The position numbers and the translations under genes were made by a program. The notes below the pieces were generated by a model. It was not told the origin of the DNA. It ran no database searches and was given only the letters and a program-made list of their open reading frames with translations. Shown here in pieces: positions 46,219 to 59,800 of a stretch of 64,000 nucleotides of DNA (positions within the stretch are counted from its first letter, which is position 1; every line of letters begins with the position of its first letter). Source of the stretch: Gekko japonicus (lineage: Eukaryota); NCBI RefSeq assembly GCF_001447785.1, contig NW_015172564.1, positions 920,736-984,735 on the forward strand, written 5' to 3'.

Positions 46219-47820
46219 GCCGGGCGACGAGTGGGCTGCGGAGCGGGACGCTGCCTGGAATGTCCCTCCGCGGCACCCGTTTAGTAGGCGGGGACACAAC
46301 GCCTCCGGTCCTAGAGTTACGAAAACGCCAGCGGTGACCGAAGGGATCACTTCCGGCTCCGCCTCGACTCTCCTAAGAGGAAAGGGCGGGGCTGCTTTTG
46401 CTGAATAAAAGTCCCGAAGGACATCGAAGGGAAGAAGGAGTGCAAAGAGACTGTCCCCCTCCCCCCCCCGCAGTGTTCCGTCTGAGCTAGTTTTTTAGCC
46501 TCCGGCTCACACCTCTTTGTCTTCGCTCAGGAAGGGAGGGCTCCAGAGAGCAAACTAATGCATGCAGCAGCCAAATTGCTCGCTCGCAACTTTAAAGCCA
46601 GTAGCTCACAAAGCAGAGTTTTTGCTCACAAGACTCCACAGCTTCGAGGGAGGCATTGCTCGAGACTAGAGATGTGAAGGCCCGGAAAAAATTCGGGGGA
46701 AAACCGTTTCNNNNNNNNNNNNNNNNNNNNNNNNNNNNNNNNNNNNNNNNNNNNNNNNNNNNNNNNNNNNNNNNNNNNNNNNNNNNNNNNNNNNNNNNNN
46801 NNNNNNNNNNNNNNNNNNNNNNNNNNNNNNNNNNNNNNNNNNNNNNNNNNNNNNNNNNNNNNNNNNNNNNNNNNNNNNNNNNNNNNNNNNNNNNNNNNNN
46901 NNNNNNNNNNNNNNNNNNNNNNNNNNNNNNNNNNNNNNNNNNNNNNNNNNNNNNNNNNNNNNNNNNNNNNNNNNNNNNNNNNNNNNNNNNNNNNNNNNNN
47001 NNNNNNNNNNNNNNNNNNNNNNNNNNNNNNNNNNNNNNNNNNNNNNNNNNNNNNNNNNNNNNNNNNNNNNNNNNNNNNNNNNNNNNNNNNNNNNNNNNNN
47101 NNNNNNNNNNNNNNNNNNNNNNNNNNNNNNNNNNNNNNNNNNNNNNNNNNNNNNNNNNNNNNNNNNNNNNNNNNNNNNNNNNNNNNNNNNNNNNNNNNNN
47201 NNNNNNNNNNNNNNNNNNNNNNNNNNNNNNNNNNNNNNNNNNNNNNNNNNNNNNNNNNNNNNNNNNNNNNNNNNNNNNNNNNNNNNNNNNNNNNNNNNNN
47301 NNNNNNNNNNNNNNNNNNNNNNNNNNNNNNNNNNNNNNNNNNNNNNNNNNNNNNNNNNNNNNNNNNNNNNNNNNNNNNNNNNNNNNNNNNNNNNNNNNNN
47401 NNNNNNNNNNNNNNNNNNNNNNNNNNNNNNNNNNNNNNNNNNNNNNNNNNNNNNNNNNNNNNNNNNNNNNNNNNNNNNNNNNNNNNNNNNNNNNNNNNNN
47501 NNNNNNNNNNNNNNNNNNNNNNNNNNNNNNNNNNNNNNNNNNNNNNNNNNNNNNNNNNNNNNNNNNNNNNNNNNNNNNNNNNNNNNNNNNNNNNNNNNNN
47601 NNNNNNNNNNNNNNNNNNNNNNNNNNNNNNNNNNNNNNNNNNNNNNNNNNNNNNNNNNNNNNNNNNNNNNNNNNNNNNNNNNNNCCCCCGCCCCGTCTCT
47701 GGGCAGGGGAGGAGGAGGAGGAGGAGGCGCCCCCTCGGTCTTCCTCTCCTCCTTCCTCCTCGGCGGGGCTCCGGGGATGATGCGCTGAGGAGGAGTCGGA
47801 AGGGCCGCCAGAGGGAGCAG
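46219..47820. promoter_or_regulatory. Bidirectional SRRD/HPS4 promoter region (CpG-rich at both ends, mostly N-gap)
   Basis: Divergent start codons at 46218(-) and 47821(+); ETS motif cacttccgg ~46348; GC box gggcgggg ~46384. Confidence 0.7.
46471..46658 (+). mobile_element. Same MITE family, in the SRRD/HPS4 intergenic promoter
   Basis: Similarity to 26361-26566. Confidence 0.82.
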
Positions 47821-47870
47821 ATGGCCGCCGCCCAGGCCGAGCCTCCCGCCGCCGCCGCCGCCGCCGCCTG
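47821..47870 (+). CDS. HPS4: HPS4 coding exon 1
   Basis: [17 protein letters not shown] split as TG|gtaagg, giving the conserved WW with exon 2. Confidence 0.85.
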
Positions 47871-50800
47871 GTAAGGCCCCTGCCCAGCAGTGCCCCCTCT
47901 CAGCTGGGTTAGCGCGAGCCAGCTCACCGTCTCTTTAGCCTCCGGCTCACACGCGTTTGCCTCGGCTCAGGCAGGATGTGGCTCCCCAGAGCCAACTGAT
48001 GTATGCGGCAGCCCGATGGCTGGCTGGCTCGCTCGCAGCGTTCATGCCAGGAGGAGCTCGCCCAGCAGCAGAAGCTTTGCTCCCAATAAGACTCCGTGGC
48101 TGGCTGAGAGGCAGCCTTGCCCCTGCCGACGTTGCGGTCGCCGCCCCTTCGGGCCCGGCTGGGTGGCCCAGAGGGCTCCTCCTCACTCTCTCTCCCGGGT
48201 GCCTGCCGGTCCTCGCCCTCGACGGCTGCCCCTTGATGCCTCTGCGGAGGACGGAGGACGGGGATCTCTTTCACTCCCTGTGCAACGTAGCAGATGTGTG
48301 TGTGTGTGGGGGGGGTTGGTTGGTTGGTTGGTTGTCACGCGCAGGGCTCTTCTTCGAGAATGTGTCAGAAGCCTGCAGCAGCGTGAGCAGAAAGTAGCAC
48401 CTGGCCTGCGCATCTTGCATCCAGCCCTGCGCCCCCCCCCCCACTCCTGAGCTCTGGGTGGTCAGAAATTGGTAGCTGGGGATGTGCCTGTTCTGTGCCC
48501 CTAGTAGGTCACATGTGGAAACTCTTCTTGTCTCATCGCTTGTTCCCTGATGCTGTGCAGGTGGAATTGCTTTTTCCTTTTCGATGGCTCCAAGGTGAAG
48601 GAAGAAGGGGACCCCACGCAAGCCGGGATTTGCTATTTCAGCCCACGCCAGGTACGCCGGTGTCGCTTGGGCCCAGCAGCAGCCGCCGCTTTGGACGAGT
48701 GGGTGGGTAGGGTCAGCAGGCAACGGCTTGGCCTACTTAGGTCAGTGAGCAAAGGTGCCCAGGTTGAGACGGGCTGGATCCCCAGGCAACCCTGCCTTGT
48801 CACCACTGGAGGGCGTCTACCGCCCCTTTCCTGGGAGGCTGGGAGCTGCTTGGGGCAGAGGTTCTGTGTGGTCAGGAAGAACAGCTAAGCAGGGCCAACC
48901 CTGACAAGTGTTTGGATGGGAGACTTCCAAAGAATATCAGGGCCAGGAGGCAGAGGCAGGCTATCAAGCCACTTCTCTGAATGCCTTCCCTGCCTTAGTA
49001 GGAGTCGCCATGACTTCCAGGCACACGTGCACACGCACACACACACATGCAGAAATAACAAAAGAAAGAACACTACTCTGGCAGTGGCCCCCGGGGCACC
49101 CACCGGGAATGCCAGGGCTTCAGTCTCTCTGCTGTTTCTGACGTGGGCTCTCCATAGAATCAGAGGATGTTAGAGCTGGAAGGGACCTTGGAGGTCATCT
49201 AGTCCAACCCCCTGCACTCTGCAGGAGAACAGCCGAGAGAGAGCCCTACATACCTACAACATACCCGAAAGATGGTTGTCCAGCCTCTGCTTGAAAACGT
49301 CCAGCGAAGGAGCATCCGCCACCTCCCGAGGCAGACTGTTCCACTGCTCAACCACTCTCACAGTCAGGAAGTTTATCCTGATATTTAGCCAGTAACGACT
49401 CCCTTGTAATTCCCACCCATTAGATCTAGTCTTGCAATCCGGAGCAAGAGAGAATAGATCTGCTCCATCGTCTACATGACAGCCCTTCAGATACTTGAAG
49501 ACTGCAATCATGTTCCCCTCTAAGCCTTCTCTTTCCCAGGACTTTCCCAGCAGCTGTTGTTGTCCAAAACAATAGCTGCTGAGGGTGCCAGGCTGTGACT
49601 CGGGGGTGGGGGGTGGGGGCACAGTGCCCTTTCTGACTGTACTGTGGCCTGACACTAAATACAACGGGACCACGGAGACACGAAGTATAATAACAAAAAC
49701 AATCATGGAGAGAATGAATTGCTCAAGGTCAAATACCACTGAAAGTGTGACTTAAAGGCATTAAGTCTCAAACATAATAAATGAGAAAGTCATTCATAGA
49801 GATTAAACTATAAATCTTTTGGTATGATCCACATGTACAAACCGGGTTTGATTCCCCACTCCTCCTCCACTTGCACCTGGCTGGATGACCTTGGGCAAGC
49901 CATAGTTCTGATAAGAGCTGTCCTTGAAAAAGAGCCGTTTCTGTCAAGAGCTCTCTCAGCCCCACCCACCTCCCAGGGTGTCTGTTGTGGGGAGGGGAAG
50001 GGAAAGGAGTTTGTAAACCGCTCTGTGGTTCCCTTGGGTAGTGAAGGGCAGGGTATAAATTCAATCTCTTCTTCTCTCTTCTACTTATTGCTATTTAAAC
50101 AAAAGCTATGAAACAAATACACAAGTATAAAGAAGCCTTCCCAAAGCAAGACCAGTAAATGGACTGTATGCAGTCCTTGAAAACACTGTAATCTTCTTTG
50201 CTGTTTCAAACTTTCTTAGTTTCAAACCTTCAGGTCTGCAGGGAGGCTGAGAAACCAGGCTGACGTCTCCTGTCGGCCGAGAGAGTTTCGATTCTGCTTC
50301 TTCAGAGCCAATATATTCTTATGGAACCACACAGTTTACATGTTTTGCATGCCTTATCATACTCCCACAAGGACTCGTTATACTCCTTATGGCAAAAACC
50401 TTGAGCAATTCGTTCCCGCCATGGTGTATTCTGTACTGTTGCCTGAAGCGGTGGAAGCCGTCTTGCCATTCTCATTCCTGTGTCTTAGCTTTAGCGATTC
50501 CCCCCCCCCCCGGCCCACGCACTGACCCCTTCCATAGTTGGGGGGGGGGTTTGCAAAGATTCGGGGAGGGACGCCTCTCTCGCTGCTGGGTCCTGAGATG
50601 TGGCTTTCAGCCACGGCGGCGCCTGGGGTCCCGGCAGGCTCCTGTCTGTAGCGTCTCTTCCCTCCTTCCCTGGCAGACGCCTCTGGGGCAGCAGGAGCTG
50701 CTGTGCAGCCAGGTGGCAGGCGTGGTCCGCTGGATGGCCGAGATCTCGGGCTCTCCGCCGCAGCTCATTCGTCTGAGGAAGCTCAAGTTTGCCGTGCGTG

Positions 50801-53800
50801 TGGAGGGCAGCTACCTGTGGGTGAGTCCCTGTGGGGTGGGGGCTCCCGAGGGGGGGAAGGCTTGGGGAAGCGGCACGGGCTGGGGAGGAGGGGGCTCAGT
50901 CTCACGCGCTCGCGTGCCACAGGTGCTGGGCTGTGCTGCCGACCTGCCGGATACCAGCTGCCAGTCCTTCCTGGATCTCTTGATTGGGCTCTTCTGCTTT
51001 TACAACGGCTCCCTTCCTCAAGCTTACAAGGTGAGTGGGGGCAGGACTTCTGCCCGTGAGCTGGCCTGGACCACTCTCTTCTGAGAGTTTCCTTCCTCCC
51101 CCCCTCCTCCTGCACGTCCAGCCTTCCGCTGCTTCCATGTGGCTGGAGGCAGGCCCCATCCTGACTGACCGCTTGGACCTTGCTGCTTTGGAACCCCACT
51201 TTCCCTGCAGAGCAGTGTTCCCCCTGAACTGAGTTAGTGTGAGCTAGTGCACAGTTCTTTAGCCTCCAGCTCACACATTTTTGTCTCGGCTCGGGAAGGA
51301 TGGCTCCAGAGCAAACTGATTTATACAGCAGCCAACTCGTTTTCTCACAACTTTAAAGCCAGCAGCTCACAAAGTAGAATTTTTGCTCACAAGACTCCAC
51401 AGCTGAGAGGGAGCCTTGCTGCAGAGTTGTCTCTCTCGCCTGGTGCCCTGTGGGAGCTGGCGGCCTGGGCTCGGGAACAGCAGACCTTCTGGGTCTTCCT
51501 GCGGCTTGTGTCTGCCTCATTCTCCCAGCGCAGAGCAGGCACCTGGGCACTGCAGTGGGCTCTCTCGACCCTGCTGTAAATTGGATCGCCACTCCCCCCC
51601 CCCCTTTTTTGGTCTGAATGGTTATTTGCTTCTCGGCTCAAGCCAGGCTCTCTAGAGTGTTTTTGTGGGGTGGACTGCAGAGGTTCACGAGTGTGTATGC
51701 CCAAAGTTATCCAGGCCCTCTGTGGGGACAAGGGGTGGGTCTGTCTTCGGTCTCCGCCTGGCTCATGGCCTTGCCTTTGCTCACTGCTTAATTCTCTCAC
51801 GTGTCCCTGGAAGTGGCTGGCAGGAGGTGGTGCAGAGAGCCAGAAGCTCCCTGGGTGCTCAGGGACACTCGCTCCTTGGTGGTGGACGTCTGGAGATCCA
51901 GAGCCACTCTCTCCCGGCATGAAGATCAGCTCCCCCAGGGCTGAACTCGGGGTCCCTCTGGATTCCCGCGGAGTGTCCCCTCCCGAGTGTTGGACAGGAG
52001 CCTGCCGCCGAGGGCAAGGCAGCAAAAGGGGCTGCGGTTCCCACCGCCAGGAGAGGAAGCTCTCGCCCCAGGGCCTTCCCCTTTCCCTCCTCCTGGTTTC
52101 TTTTCACATAAAGGTGGTTCAGGGTAGAAAGTTGCTGCTGTCAGAAGTCTGGCGTTTTGCATGTGAATGTGCAGTTTGGACGAAGAGTGGTGTTCAGGGG
52201 GAGCGTAGATCAGCAGCGTTCTCCGGTGGTCCTTGGAGAGGCTGATGGGGTCTCCGTGTCCTCCTCAGGAGCGGCTGCGGGAAGAGCTGGACCGGGAGTG
52301 GGAGAGGTACGTGAGGCACGTGCAGCACAACACCAGCGACCTGCACCGGATCTTCAACTCCCTTTGGGCCATGGACAAAACCAAAGTAACGCCTGGCGGG
52401 ACGGGCTCCCCTCCCCTGGCTCTTCTCTGCCGTGGCGCTGCCCGTGCCCTGACTCCCCCCCCCCTCTTCCTGTCCAGGTTTCTGAAAGCGGCCCTGATCC
52501 TCCAGACGTGCCAGCGTGCCCTCCACGTGCTGGCTGGATGCATCAGCTACAAGGGGCTGTGAGTATTGGGGTGGAAGGCCTTGAAATGGGGGCTGTATCC
52601 TGTGGGAGGGACAGGCCTCATTCTCCTTACCCGGCCTGCCTACCTGCCTGCCTGCCTCTCCTCTGGGTTTGGGGGGCTGCCTTCTGTGGAGTCGGGTCCC
52701 GGCCCCTGCAGCTGGGTGTTGTCTGGCCAGGGGTCCCTTCTGCCCACCCACACTTGTGCTCTGGCCTCCAGCAGAGACCACTGAGGAGGAGCAAGACATA
52801 TGCCCCCTCCCGCCCAAGGAGGTCTTGTCCATTCAACCATCCTCTCTCCCCAGGGTTGTCAGCACACAGCTGCCACCCGGCCTCACGGCCAAGGTCCTGT
52901 TGCAAGAGGCAGAGGCCAACCCTGAGGTAGGTTCCAGCTTGGAAGCTGCTGCCGCCGCCTTCGTGTCTGAAGAGAGCGCGGGCAGAATCTGACCACGTCC
53001 CAGATGGGTCTCCTGGCCTTGTGGCTGGCGCAGGAGTCGTGGGGGACTGAGGAGCAAGAGGGCAGCTCCGTCCTTGCCTGACTTCTCTTCCTCCAGGGCT
53101 GCTTCTGCCGGGGGCTTTGGTCCACGAAAACACCCACTCCTTTAGAAGCCCGCTTCTTTTTTCAATGCAGAAATGTGTGAATGTCTGACTAGCACAGTTC
53201 TGAGTACTTCCTTTCTTTAGAGAACTTCCTGCTTTTCTTCCTCTTCCCTCCTGGTCCGGGGGCAGCTCTTAGCATCTGTTGGTAGAAATTAGGGAAGTGG
53301 ATGCACCTTTGGGGGTTTTGGGGGGGGGGCAGTCAAAGCTTTAGAGCCAAAGCGCAGCTGAGGGAAAGGCGTGCTGGAAAGAGCAGAGCGCTGGCCACTT
53401 AGGGAGCAGGCCCGTGTCATTCATTAAAGCACTCGAGCACCACGTTACGTGGTTTGGCAGCAGAGCCCCAAAGAGGCCAGGGGGGGGGGCAACTCTCCAG
53501 ACTGCTCAGCAGGTCCCGGTGACTGGGGGCTCTTTTCTGTTTCAGGGTCTGCCAGCGAACGGAGGAGGCCAGCTGCAGGATCAGGGTAAGTGGAGGAGGA
53601 GTTCTGTGCTGAGTGCGGGGGGGGCATCACCGGGCAAGGCAGATTCCTCCAGCCGTGCGCCAGCAGCCATGCCTCCTGCTGGACGTTGTGCCTGTGGCCG
53701 TCTACACCAGGGGCCCTACCAGCAATGTTCCATGAGAACCAGTTTGGTGTTGTGGTTAAGTGCGCAGACTCTAATCTGGGAGAACTGGGTTTGATTCCCC

Positions 53801-56800
53801 ACTCCTCCACTTGCACCTGCTGGATGACCTTGGGCAAGCCACAGTTCTGTCAGAGCTCTCTCAACCCCACCCACCTCACGGGGTGACTGTTGTGGGGAGG
53901 GGAAGGGAAAGGAGTTTGTCAGCCGCTCTGAGACTCTGAGTGAAGGGCGGGGTATACATCCAGTCTCCTCTTCTTCAGTTGGGGGGGGTCACGGTCTCCC
54001 CCCTCCAGTTGATGGAGTCAGGTGCCCAGTCTTGCTTCAGGTCTGTGCAGTGACTGGAGGAAGTTTGGACAGCGCTCTTATGATCTCTCTGGCTTTTCTG
54101 ATCCTTCCCTGGGCCCTTTGCTTTGCAGCCAGCTGCACAGGGATCTGAGGGTTTACTCGTGAGTTGCACACCCTCTGCTACGCCCTGGGTAGGTCCACTG
54201 GGCTTGTCAGCTGAGACCACATTCAGAGGCGTTTGATGCAGAGAGCTCTGCTTGTGGGTGAGAATTCGTGTTAACACAAGAAAAGTTTTTCCATCTGTTT
54301 CCAAGTTTCCCGCCCCTCGTGGTGACTGACCGCCTGGGGTGTTTGGCTGCAGAACATCCCCCAGCAATGAGGAAGCTCTGCTGTTCTGCACAGATCAGCT
54401 CATAAGAATGTAAGAGAAGCCAATGTTGGATCAGGCCAATGGCCCATCCAGTCCAACACTCTGTCACACAGTGGCCAGAAATACCAGGTGCCCTCAGGAG
54501 GTCCAGCAGTGGGGCTCCTTTAGGTAAAGGTAAAGGTTCCCTTGCTCGAAAGCCAGTCGAATCCGACTTTAGGGTTGCGGTGCTCATCTCCGTTTCAAAG
54601 CCGAAGAGCCAGCGCTGTCCAAAGACATTTCCGTGGTCATGTGGCCGGCATGACTAAATGCCGAGGTGCACGGAATGCTGTCCCCTTCCCACCAAAGTGG
54701 TACCCATTTAGCTACTTGCAATTTCTTGCTTTCGAACGGCTAGGTTGGGAGGAGCTGGGACCAGAGATGGGAGCTCACTCCGTCATGCGGCACACTCGGG
54801 TCTTGAACTGCTGAACTACCGACCTTCCACAGCCTGCGGTTATTAACCACTTGAGCCACCGCAGCTCCTCTAGGGCTCCTTTAGGAAAGTACAAGAAGTG
54901 GTGCAAATAACTGCCAGGGTCGTGTCCGGCTATGGCCTCCTGGAGGCTTTACGCTGATATTATCTGGCAGCAGGCAAACCCCCCCCCCCTCTGTGTTCTT
55001 CCATTCCCCAGAGCGCATTCAGCTGCCCCTCGAAGGTTCCTGTCTACCTCAGGGGGTCCACATCACCCCTGTTTACCTCTTAGAAAATGAAGCCGCCGCA
55101 TTGCGGGACTTCCCCCTGGAGTGGATGGCCCGGTAAGGTGGGAACTGGGGACGGGCAAAGGGGCTTCTCCCCGGCAGAGGTTCCCTGCTCTGGGCGTCTG
55201 CTGCTCCCTTCAGGCGTGAGATCCGTGCTCTGTGCCACCTCTCACCCCCCAGGTTCAGCTCAGAGATTATGAACTTGATTTGGGGAGGGGGGTGTTGGTC
55301 CCAAGGCTCCCTCTGAGCTGTGAGTAAAACATTCTACTTGGTGAGCTCCTGGCATTGAGGTTGTGAGCGAGCGATTGGGCACCCTCATAAATCAGTTTGC
55401 TCTGGAGCCATCCCTTCCTGAGCCGAGACAAAAATGTGTGAGCCGGAGGCCAAAAAACTGAGCTGGCTCACACTCACTCAGCTGAGAGGGAACACGGGTT
55501 GGCACCCCCTGGAGCGAGCTGTCGTGGTGTGGTGGACGGCGTGTGTGGCTGGGATATCCTGGGGGCCCCCGGGTTCAAAGCCCCACTGGTCAGAATGGAG
55601 TGGAGTGAAGGAGAATGACCTTTTTGAGTCCCAGCCGTGGAGAAGAGCAGGACCCAGACAAAGGCCCTGCCCCCCTCCCCCGGGCATCAGTCGGGTCCCC
55701 CCGAGGCCAGCTGCTTTCGTCCAGGGCTGGACCTGAGCTCCGCCCCCCTGGGCTGCAGAAGCTTTCCCCCTGGATGTCCTGGCTGGGTGGGGGCCCTCCA
55801 CTCGAGCGGTCTCTCCGAGGACCCTGTGAAGCCAGCAGAGGCCCTTGGTGTCCCCCGTGTCTCCCCCTCGGTGCTGACCCTTCTGGTGGGCAGCAGCTCT
55901 CCCGAGTCGCGGGCCAAGAAAGGCCTTCCTTCCCCAGCACTGGGGGGGGGGGGGCTCCCCAGTCCTTTTCCTGGAGGTGCTGTGTCGGGGATGGAACTCG
56001 GCACCTTCTGCATACCAGGCTGGTGCTCTGCAGCCGAACCTCGGCCCCGCCCCAAGAGGGCCAGCCCCCAGGGAAGCCACAGGACGGGGTGCCCGTGCCC
56101 CGTGCTCTGCAGACCAAGCGCCCGTTCTCACTGCAGGAGTCCGGGGGGACCGGGCGCAGCGTCAGCAGCCATCAGCAACGGGCCCGGCGGGGCAGCTTTG
56201 GTGAGGATGGCCTTGTACGTCCACCGCGTCCGAGGCCTGGTGCTGGCTCTCCTGGCGGAAGAGCCGTTTGCGGAGAGCGAGGGCTCCATCGAGGACGTGG
56301 TAAGAGACGGCGGCCGTTTTTGCTTAGCACCCCTCCTCCCCCCACGGTTAGAGCCCCATACCCCCCCACACCAGAACTCCCTGCAGTGCTGTCAGAGTCT
56401 TGCCTTCTGCCCCCAGGAGCCCCCCCCTTGAGAAGGGTCCTCCTGAGACCATCCAGCAGATTCCTCAATGGGGGGGGTTATGCACAAAGAATCTGGGGGC
56501 GACATGGGTGGTGGCAACTGAGCTGCCCGTGGGTGATGCTCCCCCAGTCAAGGGCGCACTGCTGCCCTTTGCTCTGCCGTGACCTTCCCTGCCGCAGGGG
56601 CCCTGCAAGTGCCGGGCGGGTCCCATGGCCAGACACCATGGCAAGCAGGCAGGCAAGGCAGGCGGTCAGACTCCCTGGTCAAGTCACTCTCAAGCACACA
56701 CGGTCTTTGGCAGTGAAAAGCTTTATTACGTTAAACAAGTTCCAGGCATGATCAATACTGTGTTCGTTCTAAAGCATTTTGGCGGGTTCAGGCACAGATA

Positions 56801-59800
56801 TAGACTGTTCAAACTGTAGCCCCTCCTAAGGCCCACACACACACACACATCACGCCCTGCAGCCAGGCTCCTGCGTCTCCTGCCCCCCTTCCCATGGGAA
56901 TACACGATCCCACGATCTGCTACACAAGCTGGCACGGAGAGCTTCAAGGACCGCTCCCTGTGAACCAGAGAGAGGCACATCTTGAGGAAGAGGCTCTGCC
57001 GTCTAAGACAGAGGCACTCCCACGCACGCCGCACTCACTCCCCCCAGCGTCAGTGGCAAACCGTGTGAAGCAAAGTGAAGCATGGCTTGACACAGGTAGA
57101 GGTGGGGGGGGGGCCCCACCGGACTGAGTCCAAGGAGCGCCACCTCAGGAATGGACCCATGCTGCTGGCAGCCGGACTGTGTGGGCTGGAGCGGCGCCCC
57201 AAGCGGCACGCGGAATGCCAGAGCTCCTCCAGTCCTGCCCTGTGTGGGTGTGTTGACCCAGAGGGGGCCTTGCCTTGGGCTTGATGCGTCTCTCCCTCTC
57301 AGTATCACAGCAGCCTGGCCTCGCTGAACGGCTTGGAGGTCCACCTCAAGGAAACCCTTCCGAAGGACGGCCCCTCCTCGGTCAAGAGCTCCTATGGCTT
57401 TGCGCACTACGACTCGATCCAGAATGTTCTCACCGGTGAGGGCTGGATGGGGCACGGCGAGCTGGGAGGGGGCTGGCCCCTGTGACCCTGCAGGAGGGGC
57501 TCGTTCCTGGAAGAGGACTGCTCCCACTGCCCTTGGGGGGGGGGCGTGACTTGCTGTCATGAAGCCCGTCTGGTGTCATGGTTAAGTGTGCGCGGACTCT
57601 GATCTGGGAGAACCGGGTTTGATTCCCCACTCCTCCACTTGCACCTGCTGGATGACCTTGGGCAAGCCACAGTTCTGACAAGAGCTGTCCTTGAAAAAGA
57701 GCAGTTCCTGTCAGAGCTCACTCAGCCCCACCTACCTCACAGGGTGTCTGTTGTGGGGAGGGGAAGGGAAAGGCGTTTGTAAGCTGCTCTGAGACTCCGA
57801 GTGAAGGGCAAGGGGAATAAATCCAATCTCCTCCTCCTCCTCTTCATCTTCTTCGTCATCATCATCTCAGGCCCAATCAAGCTAGAACTGGGTCGGGGGG
57901 GATGCGGTGTGGGCTGCAGGCTGCCAGAGATTCAAGAAGAGAAAGGGGGGGGCTGGGTGATTCAAGAAGAGAAAGGGAGGGTTCCGGGAACAGCCAAGCC
58001 AGGAGAACATGCCGCTTTAATTCCTTTGGGGCAGGTCTGGAGGTGGAGAGGGAGCCCTCCTGGCTTTTGGGATTTTTTTTTTGGGGGGGGGGCATGTAAA
58101 GGAGAGCGGCACAAGCTGGTTGGGGTCATACAGCCCTCGGTTCGAATGCTGCCACTGCTACTTTGGCCGGCCGGCCTCTTTCAGCAAAAGAGCGAAAATA
58201 CTGGCTGGCCTTACCAGGATAGCATCAGGACTTTGGCATAAAAACCAACAGAAAATGCAGAGTAGAACCTCAGCCTTATTTTAGGTCCTGTGAAAGCCGC
58301 CTTCTGCACTGAGTGAGGGGTGCGCTTTCTGTCTTCTTCCCTTACCATCGTGCACAGGAATTAGCTTCGGAGCTGCTTAATTTTGCTCTGTGAAGACCTC
58401 GTGGTGGTGGTGGTGGTGGTGAGGCATGAATGGAGAAAATGAATGGATCCACACAAACCGCAAGCATTCCAAGGAAAAGAGAAGGCCTCGCCTGTCTGTG
58501 TGAACTTGACCCTATTCTCCAGTTGGGAACGGGAGCAGGGGCCTGGGCGGCCTCCCCCGCCCCTGGCAGTGGGGTGGGAGAGCCACCCAGCGGCCTCCCT
58601 CTCCCCTTCCCAGCTGCCTTTCTGCTTGACCCTTGCATTGCTCACCGACCCCAATCCTCTCCCTTTCCAGCGAACTTCCTGCCAGCCGCCGGCCCCCAGG
58701 ACCAACACTTCCTGCGAGCCGTGAGCTTGCTCCACACGGACTTTCACCAGCTGCCAACGGTGTCAGAAATCACTGTCCGGTAAGGGGGTCAAATGGGAGC
58801 GCTTTGGAGGCATTGGCGTGGCTGGGGGCTGTGTGCGGATCCTGGCTCTCAGCAAGATGCAGCTCTTGGGTCTTGAGGTTCACAGGCAGCACCAGCGCTT
58901 GCCGGCTCCAAGCCTTCAGGGACCATCAGTGTGTCTTGGCGGCTTCTTTGAGCAGAAGCGAAGCATGCCGGTTGCGTTCCAGCAGGCAGAGCGAGGCTTC
59001 GTCTGTCTTCCTTTTTTCAGGTTTCTGATTCCCACCCACCCCCTGCCTAAGGAAAGTAACGACACACATCAAGTCAGCCACTCAATCTTCCAGAAGGAGT
59101 ATGTCCCGTACCAGTAAAGCATCAAGCTTTAGTCAGCCCAGCTGGTCCATCAGTTGGCTAAACCTTTGAATGGCTGTTGGGCCTCCCCTCTCCCTTCCTG
59201 GGTCACATGTCCTTGTCATGCTTCAGGAAGTCATGGTTTTTTGAGGAAAACAGCATGCTGCGCTCCCTGAAAACCCTGGCTTGGGTCTGCTGGCCACATT
59301 AGGGCAGAAATGGGTGCTTCAGCCGCGGCTCTTCCCTGTCTAGGCTGTGCTGGCTGCGTGCTCTTCCAGGGTCGGCAAAGATCTGGGCTTCAAGTTGTGG
59401 GGGGTAGGAAAAACCCAGCTGATTGGGGAGGGGCAATCCGGTCCTGCCGTAATGTTTATGACTCTGAGTGTGGCATGGTGTGTGGGGGGGGCAGCAATGC
59501 TGGTTTCTGCTCACGTGGGCATGAGGGAGGGGTTTGGTGACTCACCGGGCCCGGACTGGCCCTTTCTTTCTCAGCTGCAACCATCAAGCCTTTATTATGA
59601 TAAAGGCACATGTTCCACCTGAGGGTCTGAGCCTGGCCCCCTCTGCTGCTTGGCTGTATAAAGATTCCATGCTGCAGTCACATCTTCCTCGCTTCTCTCT
59701 GTTTGCCGAGGGGACCGGCCCACCTGCTTGGACTCCAGGGGTAACTGCTACCCTCCGCCCTTTCTCTCGCACAGGAGGTTTAATGTGGCTCACAGAGACT

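Noticed and set aside
46667-46710. Possible DNA-transposon terminus tagagatgtgaagg in the bidirectional promoter
   Set aside because: Runs into the gap; the other end and TSD cannot be seen.
55615-56751. 378-aa ORF overlapping HPS4 exon 10 in another frame
   Set aside because: Several frames on both strands are open in this very GC-rich stretch; it crosses a SINE remnant and has no recognisable motif.
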